Position numbers and translations under genes: made by a program
Source: Bacteroidales bacterium
GTDB lineage: Bacteria; Bacteroidota; Bacteroidia; Bacteroidales; UBA7960
Direction: 5' to 3'
Assembly (NCBI GenBank): GCA_003550725.1
Contig: PUKZ01000003.1
Location: forward strand, 31,124 to 95,123
Length of the DNA stretch: 64,000 nt
Shown here: piece after piece, positions 35,645 through 44,940 of the stretch
Layout: every line of letters starts with the position of its first letter
Numbering within the stretch: position 1 is the first letter of the stretch
The notes under the pieces: generated by a model
What the model saw: only the letters and a program-made list of their open reading frames with translations
Databases searched by the model: none
Told to the model about the DNA's origin: nothing

Positions 35645-35652
35645 CAAATATA
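35645..35652 (-). promoter_or_regulatory. Candidate -7 promoter box for the T9SS cargo genes
   Basis: The minus strand reads TATATTTG, 21 nt upstream of the start at 35624. A similar box (TAATTTTG, minus strand, 34165-34172) precedes the second paralog. Confidence 0.4.
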
Positions 35653-35846
35653 CATCATTATATTTTTCTATAAAAATTTTTGGTCTAATTTTTCAAAAAA
35701 AAATTTAACTTTGTTATTATAGGGCGGATAATTAGATTATTACATGTAAATTTTGTCTTATTACTGCATGTAAATTATTATATCAATTAATACGAAACTT
35801 GCTAATTTAAGAAGAGAAATCCCAAAACTCACATAATAATTATTTA

Positions 35847-35854
35847 TATCTTTG
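35847..35854 (+). promoter_or_regulatory. Candidate -7 promoter box for the polyamine gene pair
   Basis: TATCTTTG lies 18 nt upstream of the ATG at 35873. Confidence 0.4.
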
Positions 35855-35872
35855 TAAAAAACCTGTTATTTT

Positions 35873-37072
35873 ATGAGTAAAGTATTAATTATTGGTGCCG
35901 GAGGTGTTGGCAATGTAGTTACACGCAAATGTGTTTCTAACCCTGAAATATTCAGCGAAATAATGCTTGCCAGCAGAACCCTGGAAAAATGTGAAAAAAT
36001 AGCTACAGATATTGGTAGCAATCGTGTTAAAACAGCAAAAGTTGATGCTGATAATTTGGGAGAATTGGTTTTTTTGATTGACAAATTCAACCCCAAACTA
36101 GTTATTAATGTGGCATTGCCATATCAGGATCTGACTATCATGGAAGCCTGTCTTAAAACCAAAACACACTACCTTGACACAGCTAATTACGAGCCAAAAG
36201 ATGAAGCTAAGTTTGAATATAAATGGCAATGGGCATATCATGATAAATTTAAAAATGCGGGGATTCTGGCATTACTAGGCTGCGGATTTGACCCCGGCGT
36301 TACAGGTGTTTTCACAGCTTATGCTTCAAAGCACTATTTTGATAAAATGCATTATCTTGATATTGTCGATTGTAATGCAGGTGATCACGGCAAATTTTTT
36401 GCCACCAACTTTAATCCTGAGATAAATATACGTGAGATTACACAAAATGGGCGTTACTGGGAAAACGGCAAATGGATAGAAACAAAACCTATGGAAATAC
36501 ATAAGCCTATTGAATATCCGGGTATTGGTAAAAAAGAATCTTACCTTTTGTATCATGAAGAATTAGAATCGCTGGTAAAAAATTTCCCGGAGATCAGGCG
36601 GGCAAGATTCTGGATGACATTTGGAGAAAGTTATTTAACTGCACTTAATGTTTTGCAGGAGGTTGGGATGACAAGCATAAAACCTGTTAAGTTTAAAGGT
36701 ATCGATATTATTCCACTCGAATTTCTTAAATCAATATTACCTGAACCATCAAACCTGGGCGAAGGATATAAAGGGCAAACTTCCATAGGATGCCAGATAA
36801 GAGGCATAAAAGATGGTAAAGAACGTACATACTACATATGGAATAACTGTGAACATGAAAAAGCTTATAATGATTCCAAAGCCCAGGCTGTTTCATTTAC
36901 AACAGGAGTTCCGGCTATGATCGGTTCAATGATGATCTTGTCCGGAAAATGGAATGGCAAGGGTGTTTATAATGTTGAACAGTTTGACCCGGATCCATTT
37001 ATGAAAGAATTGCCAAAATATGGTTTGCCATGGCATGAACAAATAGATCAGCCCTTACCTGTTGAAAAATAG
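35873..37072 (+). CDS. Carboxynorspermidine/carboxyspermidine dehydrogenase (saccharopine dehydrogenase family)
   Basis: 399 aa with the Rossmann motif VLIIGAGGVGNVV. It is adjacent to nspC, and this pair defines the alternative spermidine/norspermidine route. Confidence 0.8.
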   Translation: MSKVLIIGAGGVGNVVTRKCVSNPEIFSEIMLASRTLEKCEKIATDIGSNRVKTAKVDADNLGELVFLIDKFNPKLVINVALPYQDLTIMEACLKTKTHYLDTANYEPKDEAKFEYKWQWAYHDKFKNAGILALLGCGFDPGVTGVFTAYASKHYFDKMHYLDIVDCNAGDHGKFFATNFNPEINIREITQNGRYWENGKWIETKPMEIHKPIEYPGIGKKESYLLYHEELESLVKNFPEIRRARFWMTFGESYLTALNVLQEVGMTSIKPVKFKGIDIIPLEFLKSILPEPSNLGEGYKGQTSIGCQIRGIKDGKERTYYIWNNCEHEKAYNDSKAQAVSFTTGVPAMIGSMMILSGKWNGKGVYNVEQFDPDPFMKELPKYGLPWHEQIDQPLPVEK

Positions 37073-37077
37073 CCGAT

Positions 37078-38232
37078 ATGAAAGTTAATTTTTCGAAAAT
37101 ACCCTCCCCATGTTTTGTTTTGGATGAAGAATTACTAAAGATCAATCTTCAGATACTTGATATTATTCAAAAAGAAGCTGGAGTTGACATAATATGTGCA
37201 TTAAAAGGTTTTGCTTTTTGGGATACTTTTCCTTTAATTGGCCGATACCTTAAAGGGGCTGCTGCCAGCTCGCTTAATGAAGCACGGCTTGTTTACGAAG
37301 AAATGGGGGTTAAGGCTTATACTTATTGTCCTGCTTTTGATAAAAAGGAGGTCAAAGATATTGCCAAATACAGTTCACATATAACCTTTAATTCTTTAAG
37401 CCAATACGAACAACTGCTGGAAAAAATTCACAAATATGATTCAAATATAAGTTGCGGTTTAAGAATTAACCCAGAATACTCTGAAGTACAAACCGATATA
37501 TACAACCCGGCTCAGCCCGGATCGAGGCTTGGTATAACTTCAACCCAGATTGGAGATAGTTTACCACCCGGTATTGATGGTTTACTTTTTCACCTATTAT
37601 GCGAAAACGACTCATTTACTCTTGAACGAACATTACGGGAAGTTGAAAAACGCTTTTCTCATCTTATCAAACAGGCTCGCTGGTTCAATATGGGAGGTGG
37701 CCATCATATTACACGTAAAGATTATGACGTAAAGCACCTTGTTAAATTACTAAAAGACTTTAAAAACCGTTATCCCAACCTTGAACAAGTGATCCTGGAA
37801 CCGGGAGAAGCTATCGGCTGGCAAACCGGGGACCTGCTTGCAACAATTATTGACATAATTGAAAACAATAATATTAAAATTGCAATGCTGGATGTAAGTT
37901 TTGCCGCCCACATGCCCGACTGCCTTGAAATGCCATATAAACCGGAAATAATTGGAGCTTTTGATCCTGCTGATAAAAATGATGGCCACATATATCGGAT
38001 GGGAGGCACAACATGCATGGCAGGCGATTTTATGGGAATGGGTGACTATGCTTTCCAAAACCCATTAAAAATAGGAGATAAAATTATTTTTGATGATATG
38101 ATCCACTACACAATGGTAAAAACAACATTTTTTAATGGCGTGAAACACCCTTCAATCGGAATATGGAGAAACAACGAATTTAAAATGCTCAAACAGCCCG
38201 GTTATTTTGATTATAAAAATAAACTTTCCTGA
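37078..38232 (+). CDS. nspC: Carboxynorspermidine/carboxyspermidine decarboxylase
   Basis: 384 aa. It is a fold-III PLP decarboxylase-like protein (PSPCFVLDEELL, ALKGFAF, EPGEAI, GGTTCMAGD) with a 5-nt gap after the dehydrogenase gene. Confidence 0.85.
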   Translation: MKVNFSKIPSPCFVLDEELLKINLQILDIIQKEAGVDIICALKGFAFWDTFPLIGRYLKGAAASSLNEARLVYEEMGVKAYTYCPAFDKKEVKDIAKYSSHITFNSLSQYEQLLEKIHKYDSNISCGLRINPEYSEVQTDIYNPAQPGSRLGITSTQIGDSLPPGIDGLLFHLLCENDSFTLERTLREVEKRFSHLIKQARWFNMGGGHHITRKDYDVKHLVKLLKDFKNRYPNLEQVILEPGEAIGWQTGDLLATIIDIIENNNIKIAMLDVSFAAHMPDCLEMPYKPEIIGAFDPADKNDGHIYRMGGTTCMAGDFMGMGDYAFQNPLKIGDKIIFDDMIHYTMVKTTFFNGVKHPSIGIWRNNEFKMLKQPGYFDYKNKLS

Positions 38233-38241
38233 ATTTAATAA

Positions 38242-39237
38242 TCAATTCAACTTTTCCGATAGTTTTGAAATTTCTTCGGAAGGTAATTTACCTTTATACA
38301 ATATATTATAAACTGCCTCTGTGATTGGCATATTTAAATGCAACTTAATACTCATATCATATATGCCTTTCACAGCATAATATCCTTCAGCAACCATTTT
38401 GGTTTCGTATTGCGCTGATTTTACACTATGCCCTTTACCTATCATATTTCCAAACATCCTGTTGCGACTAAATTGCGAATAACAGGTAACTAACAAATCA
38501 CCAAGATAAACCGTATCATTAATATTTCTATTTAAATTAGACTGGGAAGCAAGAAAACAATTTATTTCCTTTACAGCATTGGAAATAAGTACAGCCTGGA
38601 AGTTATCACCATAACCCAAACCATTACAAATACCGCTGGCAACAGCAATAATGTTTTTTAAGACAGGCGAATATTCAGCCCCTACAACATCATTGGTAAT
38701 TGATGTTTTGATATATCTGCAATCAAATAAAACTGAAATTTCTTTTGCCAAATATTTATCGGATGAAGCAATGGTCAAATAGGTAAGCTTTTCCAAAGCT
38801 ACTTCCTCTGCATGTGAAGGACCCGTAGCAATTGCAACCCGGCTTAAATCAACACCATAATATTTCGTTAAATATTCTCCAACAACCATATTATAATCCG
38901 GTATTATACCTTTAATAGCACTAACTAAAATCTTATCTTTTATTAAGTTGTAATCAATATTTTTTGTTGTTTCATAAAAATATACTGCAGGCAGGCAAAA
39001 GATAATTATTTGGGAATCTTTAATTGTTGAGCCAAGATTGTCATACAAATTGATTTGTTTTTTATCAAATTGAACCGAGCTTAAATAATAAGGATTATGA
39101 TTAAACCTTTTCAGATGATTTATTATTTCCGGTTCACGTATCCACCAATTGACCTTTTTAACATTATTGAGTAAAATTTTAACTATAGCAGTAGCCCAGC
39201 TTCCAGAACCTATTACTGCGATCTCATTTTTTTGCAT
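38242..39237 (-). CDS. gpsA: NAD(P)H-dependent glycerol-3-phosphate dehydrogenase
   Basis: 331 aa with IAVIGSGSWATAI, GPSHAEEVA and NVIAVASGI. Confidence 0.9.
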   Translation of the reverse strand: MQKNEIAVIGSGSWATAIVKILLNNVKKVNWWIREPEIINHLKRFNHNPYYLSSVQFDKKQINLYDNLGSTIKDSQIIIFCLPAVYFYETTKNIDYNLIKDKILVSAIKGIIPDYNMVVGEYLTKYYGVDLSRVAIATGPSHAEEVALEKLTYLTIASSDKYLAKEISVLFDCRYIKTSITNDVVGAEYSPVLKNIIAVASGICNGLGYGDNFQAVLISNAVKEINCFLASQSNLNRNINDTVYLGDLLVTCYSQFSRNRMFGNMIGKGHSVKSAQYETKMVAEGYYAVKGIYDMSIKLHLNMPITEAVYNILYKGKLPSEEISKLSEKLN

Positions 39238-39257
39238 AAATAAAAAATTTTTATGTG

Positions 39258-39265
39258 CAAATATA
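39258..39265 (-). promoter_or_regulatory. Candidate -7 promoter box for gpsA
   Basis: The minus strand reads TATATTTG, 21 nt upstream of the start at 39237. Confidence 0.4.
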
Positions 39266-39729
39266 GCCCTTAAATCAGCAATTTACCTAATATTTTGCCC
39301 TACCTGCTTAATTTTTTCACAAAAAATATATCCCACTTTTATACTTTCTCTGCTATACAGCTTTTTGGTATATTATTTTAAGACCTGGTTTTACAATAAT
39401 TTTGCCGTTTAATAAATTTAAAACATTACCACTCTGCAAGCATCAACTACTGGTTTCGTTCAAAAATTTAAATTAATAACAGAAAATTTGAAACAAACCA
39501 TTAAAATAAAACTCCGGACTTAATATTCAGCAATATTATGGAAGCTGATTTGAATGACCAAATAAAGTTATTATTTGAAAAACCCGTCTTAAAACTGGTA
39601 TTTTCGGTCATTACTACTGATTGGTTATTATGCTTTTGAGGGTCGGAACACAATAGCTTAAAACGAAACTTTAAACCAGGTAAAATAACAAACTTTAGAA
39701 TTAAATTTGTTCTTTTTCGAAAACCTTTT

Positions 39730-39737
39730 TATATTTG
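39730..39737 (+). promoter_or_regulatory. Candidate promoter of the metH leader (-7 TATATTTG with an upstream TTTG)
   Basis: TATATTTG is at 39730-39737 and TTTG at 39706-39709, a 20-nt spacer that matches the two-part Bacteroides-type promoter. It lies ~45 nt upstream of the riboswitch. Confidence 0.45.
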
Positions 39738-39755
39738 TATTTAATTAAAATTTAA

Positions 39756-39779
39756 AATCCTTCTTCCTAAAGAAGGATT
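39756..39779 (+). other. Perfect 10-bp hairpin at the 5' end of the metH leader
   Basis: AATCCTTCTT (39756-39765), loop CCTA, AAGAAGGATT (39770-39779). It sits between the candidate promoter and riboswitch stem P1. Its function is unknown. Confidence 0.5.
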
Positions 39780-39782
39780 TGA

Positions 39783-39878
39783 TTTATAAAGAAGAGCTGA
39801 GAGAACAGGCTCTATGAAGCTCTAGCAACCTACTTACCGGAGTAAAGGTGCTAAAACCTGCCTTAAAGGAATTATAAA
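39783..39878 (+). promoter_or_regulatory. SAM-I (S-box) riboswitch aptamer
   Basis: The sequence is UUUAUAAAGAAGAGCUGAGAGAACAGGCUCUAUGAAGCUCUAGCAACC...AAGGUGCUAAAACCUGCC...AAUUAUAAA. It keeps the conserved AGAG / GAGnGA / AUGAA / GCAACC / GGUGCUAA / CCUGC blocks in order. Stem P1 is 39783-39789 with 39872-39878. It lies upstream of metH. Confidence 0.8.
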
Positions 39879-39895
39879 CTCAAAATTCAATTATC

Positions 39896-40027
39896 ATGAA
39901 AAATTTCTTTTCTTGTTATGTTGTTCAGGCACAAGGGCTTTTGCCTTTGGAAAGTAGTTTATCCTCTCAAAATGGAATTTTCGGATTAACATCATGTTCA
40001 TTTATGTTGATGTTTATGCGCGTATAA
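39896..40027 (+). CDS. Candidate 43-codon leader ORF with a Met-rich C-terminus (unverified)
   Basis: Hand translation gives MKNFFSCYVVQAQGLLPLESSLSSQNGIFGLTSCSFMLMFMRV. It is too short for the ORF track. It starts 17 nt after the riboswitch P1, and 3 of its last 7 codons are ATG. There is no homology evidence. Confidence 0.2.
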   Translation: MKNFFSCYVVQAQGLLPLESSLSSQNGIFGLTSCSFMLMFMRV

Positions 40028-40038
40028 AAACGCGCCAT
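40016..40038 (+). terminator. GC hairpin overlapping the leader-ORF stop codon; candidate attenuator
   Basis: GCGCG (40018-40022) pairs with CGCGC (40031-40035) across the loop TATAAAAA, extendable by AT/AT with one bulge. The hairpin is followed by CTTTAAAATT, a weak U-tract. Confidence 0.3.
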
Positions 40039-40272
40039 CTTTAAAATTCGCTTAATATCCGGGGTTTTTCACACCTAAATTCTAAATCTCGAAAAGGTAG
40101 TATTCAATTTTTGATTTTTCATGTGAAGTATTACAGCATGCTCTCACAACAAGTTACTACCTAATATTCCGGATTTTTGTTGGTAAATGTGGATTATAGG
40201 TAGAAACACCGGGATATATTATCAAATAAAGTATTAAATAAAAAAACAGGGAACTAAATAAATATATTACTT

Positions 40273-42888
40273 ATGTTATTAAAAAAAATATTAAAAGAAC
40301 GCATTCTTATACTTGATGGTGCCATGGGCTCGCTCATTCAGCACAATGAGCCTAAAGAGTCAGACTACAGGGGCAGTAAACTGAAGGATCATCCAATAAA
40401 ACTAAAAGGAAATCACGAGTTGCTCAACTTGCATTGTAAAGATTTGGTTTATGATATTCATTCTTCTTATTTGAAAGCCGGGGCAGATATTATAACGACC
40501 AATACATTTAATGCAAATTCGTTGTCACAAAGTAATTATAAAACAGAGCATCTATGCTACGATATAAATCTTAATGCAAGTCTAATTGCCGTTAAAGCTG
40601 CAAAAAAATATTCGACCGGTATCAAGCCCAGGTTTGTTGCCGGGTGTGTTGGTCCAACATCCAAATCATTATCAATGTCATTGGTTTCAAAAGTATCTGA
40701 AGAGCAAGGCTTATCTTTTGATAAGCTTGCAGATGCATATTCTGAACAAATAAGCGGACTTATTGACGGTGGGGTTGATATACTGATGATAGAAACGGTT
40801 TTTGACACCCTTAATACTAAAGCAGCTATTTATGCTGCAAAAAAAATATTACACGACAGGGCCAAAAGCATTCCTTTAATGATATCAGCAACAATTGCAG
40901 GAAAATCGGGGCGTTTACTTTCGGGGCAAACCATATCTGCCTTCTACCACTCTGTAAAACATGCTAATCTATTATCTATAGGTTTAAATTGCAGCTTCGG
41001 TCCGGAAGAGTTGAAACCATTTATAAAAGATCTTCAGGAAGAAGCTGAATGTTTTATTTCTTTTCATCCAAATGCCGGAATGCCTGACCATGAAGGTAGT
41101 TACACACAAACACCGGGGCAGATGGCAAAGAATATTGAAAATATTTTGCAAAACATTAAAATAAATATAATTGGAGGATGTTGCGGCACAACACCCGAAC
41201 ATATAAATACTTTATCGAATGTTGTAACAAAATTCAGCCCTAAGCCACCAAATATAAAAAAACATTCAACAGTTTTAGCAGGTCTTGAACCTTTAAAAAC
41301 AAATGATAGCAACGAGCTCATTTATGTTGGCGAAAAAACAAATGTATCCGGATCACGAAAATTTGCGAAATTAATAAAATCGCAAAACTACCGTGAAGCT
41401 GTTATTGTTGCAGAACAACAAATTGAAGAAGGAGCAAGAATCCTTGATATTTGCATGGATACAGCAGGAGTTGATTCTGCATCAGCAATAAAAGATTTTT
41501 TGACACATTTAAACGCTAATCCGCATCTTTCGAAGCATCCTGTAATGATTGATTCTTCGGATTTTCAAACAATCAAAACTGCCTTAAAATGTATTCAGGG
41601 CAAACCCATTGTCAACAGCATTTCACTAAAGAACGGGGAGCAAGATTTTATTAATAAAGCCACCGAAATAAAAAACATGGGTGCATCAATTGTAGTTATG
41701 TTATTTGATGAAAAGGGTCAGGCAGATACAACCAAAAGAAGGAAAGAGATAGTTTCAAGAAGCTACGAATTACTAACCAATAAAGCAGGCCTGCCTGCCG
41801 AAGACATTATATTCGACCCAAACTTAATGGCTTTAGGAATAGATGTTAATGATTCCGAAAATCAAGCAATAAGCTTTTTAGAAACCTGCAAGTATATTAA
41901 GTCTAATTACCCGCAAACAAATATTACAGGTGGGGTAAGTAATTTATCTTATGCTTTCAGAGGGGCAAACCAATCGCGCAGAGCTATACATCATGTTTTT
42001 TTAAAAAAGGCACTTGAAGCAGGCTTTAAATTTGCCATAGTAAATCCCTCTATGATCAATAATAATGACATACCAGATGAGTTATTAAAATTAGCCGGCG
42101 ACGTGGTATTTGAAAAAAGACCTGCAGCTATAGAGCATTTATTAAACTACATTAAGCCTGAGTCAAGTAAAAAAACAAAAGAAAAAAAGAGCTCGTGGCG
42201 TGAACAAAATATCAAAAATCGTTTAAAATATGCACTAATTAATGGTATAGGTGATTATCTTAAAAAAGACGTAGAATCTGCTATTAAAAAGCTTGATAAC
42301 CCTTACAAAATTATTGAAGAGATTCTTATGCCTGCTATGGATGAAATTAGCAACAGGTATGACGAAGGAACCCTGTTTTTGCCACAGGTAATACGCAGTG
42401 CCACAATATTTCAAAAAGCTGTCGAATATATACATCCTTATCTAAGCTCTAAAAGCAGAAATACAAATGATTCAGAGCAGGTAGTTGTCCTGGCCACGGT
42501 TGAGGGAGACGTTCATGATATCGGTAAAAACATTGGATCAATTGTTTTTGAATGCAATGGTTTCAAAGTAATTGACCTTGGTGTTATGGTTCCGGCTCAG
42601 AAAATTATTGAAACAGCAAAGAAAAATGATGCCGCCATGATTGGCTTAAGCGGCCTTATCACCCCATCACTGATGGAAATGGCAAGGGTAGCTGAATTAA
42701 TGGAAAAAAATAAATTAAAAATCCCTCTGCTTATTGGAGGAGCAACAACTTCAGAAAAGCATACCAAAGAAAATATATCTGTCAAATATAATGGACCGGT
42801 AATACATATAAAAGATGCTTCAAAAATTGGTGCAATTTTAAAAAAATATCATGAAAACAATGCCATTAATAATGTTTGCAGAAAATAA
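40273..42888 (+). CDS. metH: Cobalamin-dependent methionine synthase, short form lacking the C-terminal AdoMet reactivation domain
   Basis: 871 aa. It has an Hcy-binding domain (ILDGAMGS...GGCCGTTPEHI), a pterin-binding domain, the B12 cap and a B12-binding domain with the DxHxxG motif (EGDVHDIGKNIG). The protein ends right after the Rossmann-like B12 domain. Confidence 0.9.
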   Translation: MLLKKILKERILILDGAMGSLIQHNEPKESDYRGSKLKDHPIKLKGNHELLNLHCKDLVYDIHSSYLKAGADIITTNTFNANSLSQSNYKTEHLCYDINLNASLIAVKAAKKYSTGIKPRFVAGCVGPTSKSLSMSLVSKVSEEQGLSFDKLADAYSEQISGLIDGGVDILMIETVFDTLNTKAAIYAAKKILHDRAKSIPLMISATIAGKSGRLLSGQTISAFYHSVKHANLLSIGLNCSFGPEELKPFIKDLQEEAECFISFHPNAGMPDHEGSYTQTPGQMAKNIENILQNIKINIIGGCCGTTPEHINTLSNVVTKFSPKPPNIKKHSTVLAGLEPLKTNDSNELIYVGEKTNVSGSRKFAKLIKSQNYREAVIVAEQQIEEGARILDICMDTAGVDSASAIKDFLTHLNANPHLSKHPVMIDSSDFQTIKTALKCIQGKPIVNSISLKNGEQDFINKATEIKNMGASIVVMLFDEKGQADTTKRRKEIVSRSYELLTNKAGLPAEDIIFDPNLMALGIDVNDSENQAISFLETCKYIKSNYPQTNITGGVSNLSYAFRGANQSRRAIHHVFLKKALEAGFKFAIVNPSMINNNDIPDELLKLAGDVVFEKRPAAIEHLLNYIKPESSKKTKEKKSSWREQNIKNRLKYALINGIGDYLKKDVESAIKKLDNPYKIIEEILMPAMDEISNRYDEGTLFLPQVIRSATIFQKAVEYIHPYLSSKSRNTNDSEQVVVLATVEGDVHDIGKNIGSIVFECNGFKVIDLGVMVPAQKIIETAKKNDAAMIGLSGLITPSLMEMARVAELMEKNKLKIPLLIGGATTSEKHTKENISVKYNGPVIHIKDASKIGAILKKYHENNAINNVCRK

Positions 42889-42934
42889 AACAACCCATAC
42901 ACACTATATTACCTAATATATTTTATACTCCAAA

Positions 42935-44611
42935 TCAAAATAGACCGGTAATATTACCATCATTATCTATACTGATTTTTTCCGCTGATGGTTTTGCGGG
43001 CAAGCCGGGCATACGCATAATAGTACCGGCTACAGGCACGATAAATCCGGCACCTGCAGCTATTTCAAACTCGCGGATTTTAATGACAAAATCTCTGGGT
43101 CTGTTAATTTTATTTTGATCATCGGAAAGCGACTTTTGTGTTTTTGCAACACATACAGGGAGTTTATCCAGTCCGAGTTTTTTGAAATTTTCTATCTGTG
43201 TCTTGGCTTTTACAGTATATTCAACGTGGTCGGCTCCATATAATTTAGTGGCTATAGTATGAAGCTTTCTTTCAATATCCCAGTTAAAATCGTATAAAGG
43301 ATCAAAACATGTAGTACATTTTTCAGCTTCTTGTTTGACTAGTTCAGCAAGCTCAATTGCTCCTTCTCCTCCTTTTGCCCATGATTCACAAACTGCTACT
43401 CTGACACCGAGACTTTCGCATTTTTGTTTAACAATATTAATTTCTTCTTCGGTATCATCAGTGAAGTGGTTAATTGCAACCACCGGACTGATATTGAAAT
43501 GTTGTATGTTTTCAATATGTTTTTCCAGGTTTTGGAGCCCTCTGCTAACCGCCTCAGGATCACTCTCGTTAAGCATATTGGATTTAACACCTCCATGATG
43601 TTTCAAAGCCCTGATAGTGGCAACAATTACCGATGCATTAGGGAAAAGTCCGCCATATTGACATTTGATATTAAGAAACTTTTCTGCTCCCAGTTCAGAA
43701 GCAAAACCGGCCTCTGTAACAACATAATCAGAAAGTGACAGGCCCATTTTTGTTCCGATAAGAGAATTTGTGCCTTGTGCTATATTGGCAAAAGGCCCTC
43801 CATGAATAATCGCCGGATTACCCTCTATGGTTTGAACCAGGTTAGGCATAATGGCATATTTCATCAATGCTGCCATAGCTCCCTGGGCATTAAGTTGATG
43901 TGCATATACAGGTTTGTCGTCAAAAGAAAAGCCAAAAAGAATATTACCAAATTTATTTTTTAAATCTTCAATATCTTTTGCAAGGCATAAAGCAGCCATA
44001 ACTTCAGATGCTGCAGTAATATCAAAGCCGGTTTGCCTGGGCATACCCTGTTTACGACCTCCAAGACCAATAACAATATCACGCAAAGACCTCTCATTCA
44101 TATCCATTACCCGCTTCCATATAACTTTGCGAGGATCGAGATCCAAAGTGTTTTGCCTGTTGTGTATATGATTATCAATAAGAGCCGAAAGCAGATTATG
44201 TGCCTTTTCAACAGCGGCTATGTCGTTAGTAAAGTGAAAGTTAATATCTTCCATTGGTAAAACCTGCGAAAATCCCCCACCGGCTGCACCACCTTTTATG
44301 CCAAACACCGGGCCTAATGAGGGCTCGCGCAAAACCACAGTAGTTTTAGTTCCAATCCGATTTAAACCTTCAGCTAAACCAATACTGGTCGTGGTTTTTC
44401 CCTCCCCGGCAGGAGTCGGAGTAATAGCTGTTACCAGTACCAGCTTTTTATTATTTAATACTTTATCATCTATCAATCGTAAAGGCAACTTAGCAATATA
44501 TTTACCATATTTATGAAGATCATCTTCCTTCAAACCAAGTTTAGCTGCTATATCTTCAATATCTTGCATTTTAATTGCTTTGGCTATTTCTATATCTGTT
44601 TTCATATGCAA
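42935..44611 (-). CDS. fhs: Formate-tetrahydrofolate ligase
   Basis: 558 aa with TPAGEGKTTTSIGL, PSLGPVFGIKGGAAGGG and HGGPFANIA. Confidence 0.95.
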   Translation of the reverse strand: MHMKTDIEIAKAIKMQDIEDIAAKLGLKEDDLHKYGKYIAKLPLRLIDDKVLNNKKLVLVTAITPTPAGEGKTTTSIGLAEGLNRIGTKTTVVLREPSLGPVFGIKGGAAGGGFSQVLPMEDINFHFTNDIAAVEKAHNLLSALIDNHIHNRQNTLDLDPRKVIWKRVMDMNERSLRDIVIGLGGRKQGMPRQTGFDITAASEVMAALCLAKDIEDLKNKFGNILFGFSFDDKPVYAHQLNAQGAMAALMKYAIMPNLVQTIEGNPAIIHGGPFANIAQGTNSLIGTKMGLSLSDYVVTEAGFASELGAEKFLNIKCQYGGLFPNASVIVATIRALKHHGGVKSNMLNESDPEAVSRGLQNLEKHIENIQHFNISPVVAINHFTDDTEEEINIVKQKCESLGVRVAVCESWAKGGEGAIELAELVKQEAEKCTTCFDPLYDFNWDIERKLHTIATKLYGADHVEYTVKAKTQIENFKKLGLDKLPVCVAKTQKSLSDDQNKINRPRDFVIKIREFEIAAGAGFIVPVAGTIMRMPGLPAKPSAEKISIDNDGNITGLF

Positions 44612-44916
44612 TATTTTTATCTATTAACAAATTGTTATTATCTATAAAATATTTAATAATTGTATCCCAATTAATTATACATTAAAATCTGAAATTAACA
44701 GCTTTAAATATAATCTTAATAATAAAATATATTATTTAAATTACCCGGAAAAACTAATACAAGATCAAAATAAAATATCGTCAATATTCATTTTAACAAA
44801 CCAAAAATATAATAAATTGTTTAATTATAATATTATTATCTAAAATACCTGCAACATGAAACCACGGTTTTTTATCAACAAAAACTACTAATGCGATTGA
44901 GTAGATTATTTTTTTG

Positions 44917-44924
44917 TAAATTTG
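44917..44924 (+). promoter_or_regulatory. Candidate -7 promoter box for ftsX
   Basis: TAAATTTG lies 16 nt upstream of the ATG at 44941. Confidence 0.4.
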
Positions 44925-44940
44925 CGTTTTATAAAATACT

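Noticed and set aside
39900-40272. A possible cobalamin riboswitch upstream of B12-dependent metH.
   Set aside because: I looked for a B12-box-like GCCACUG element and the GGUG...AAUCC core and did not find them. Only the SAM-I aptamer is recognisable.
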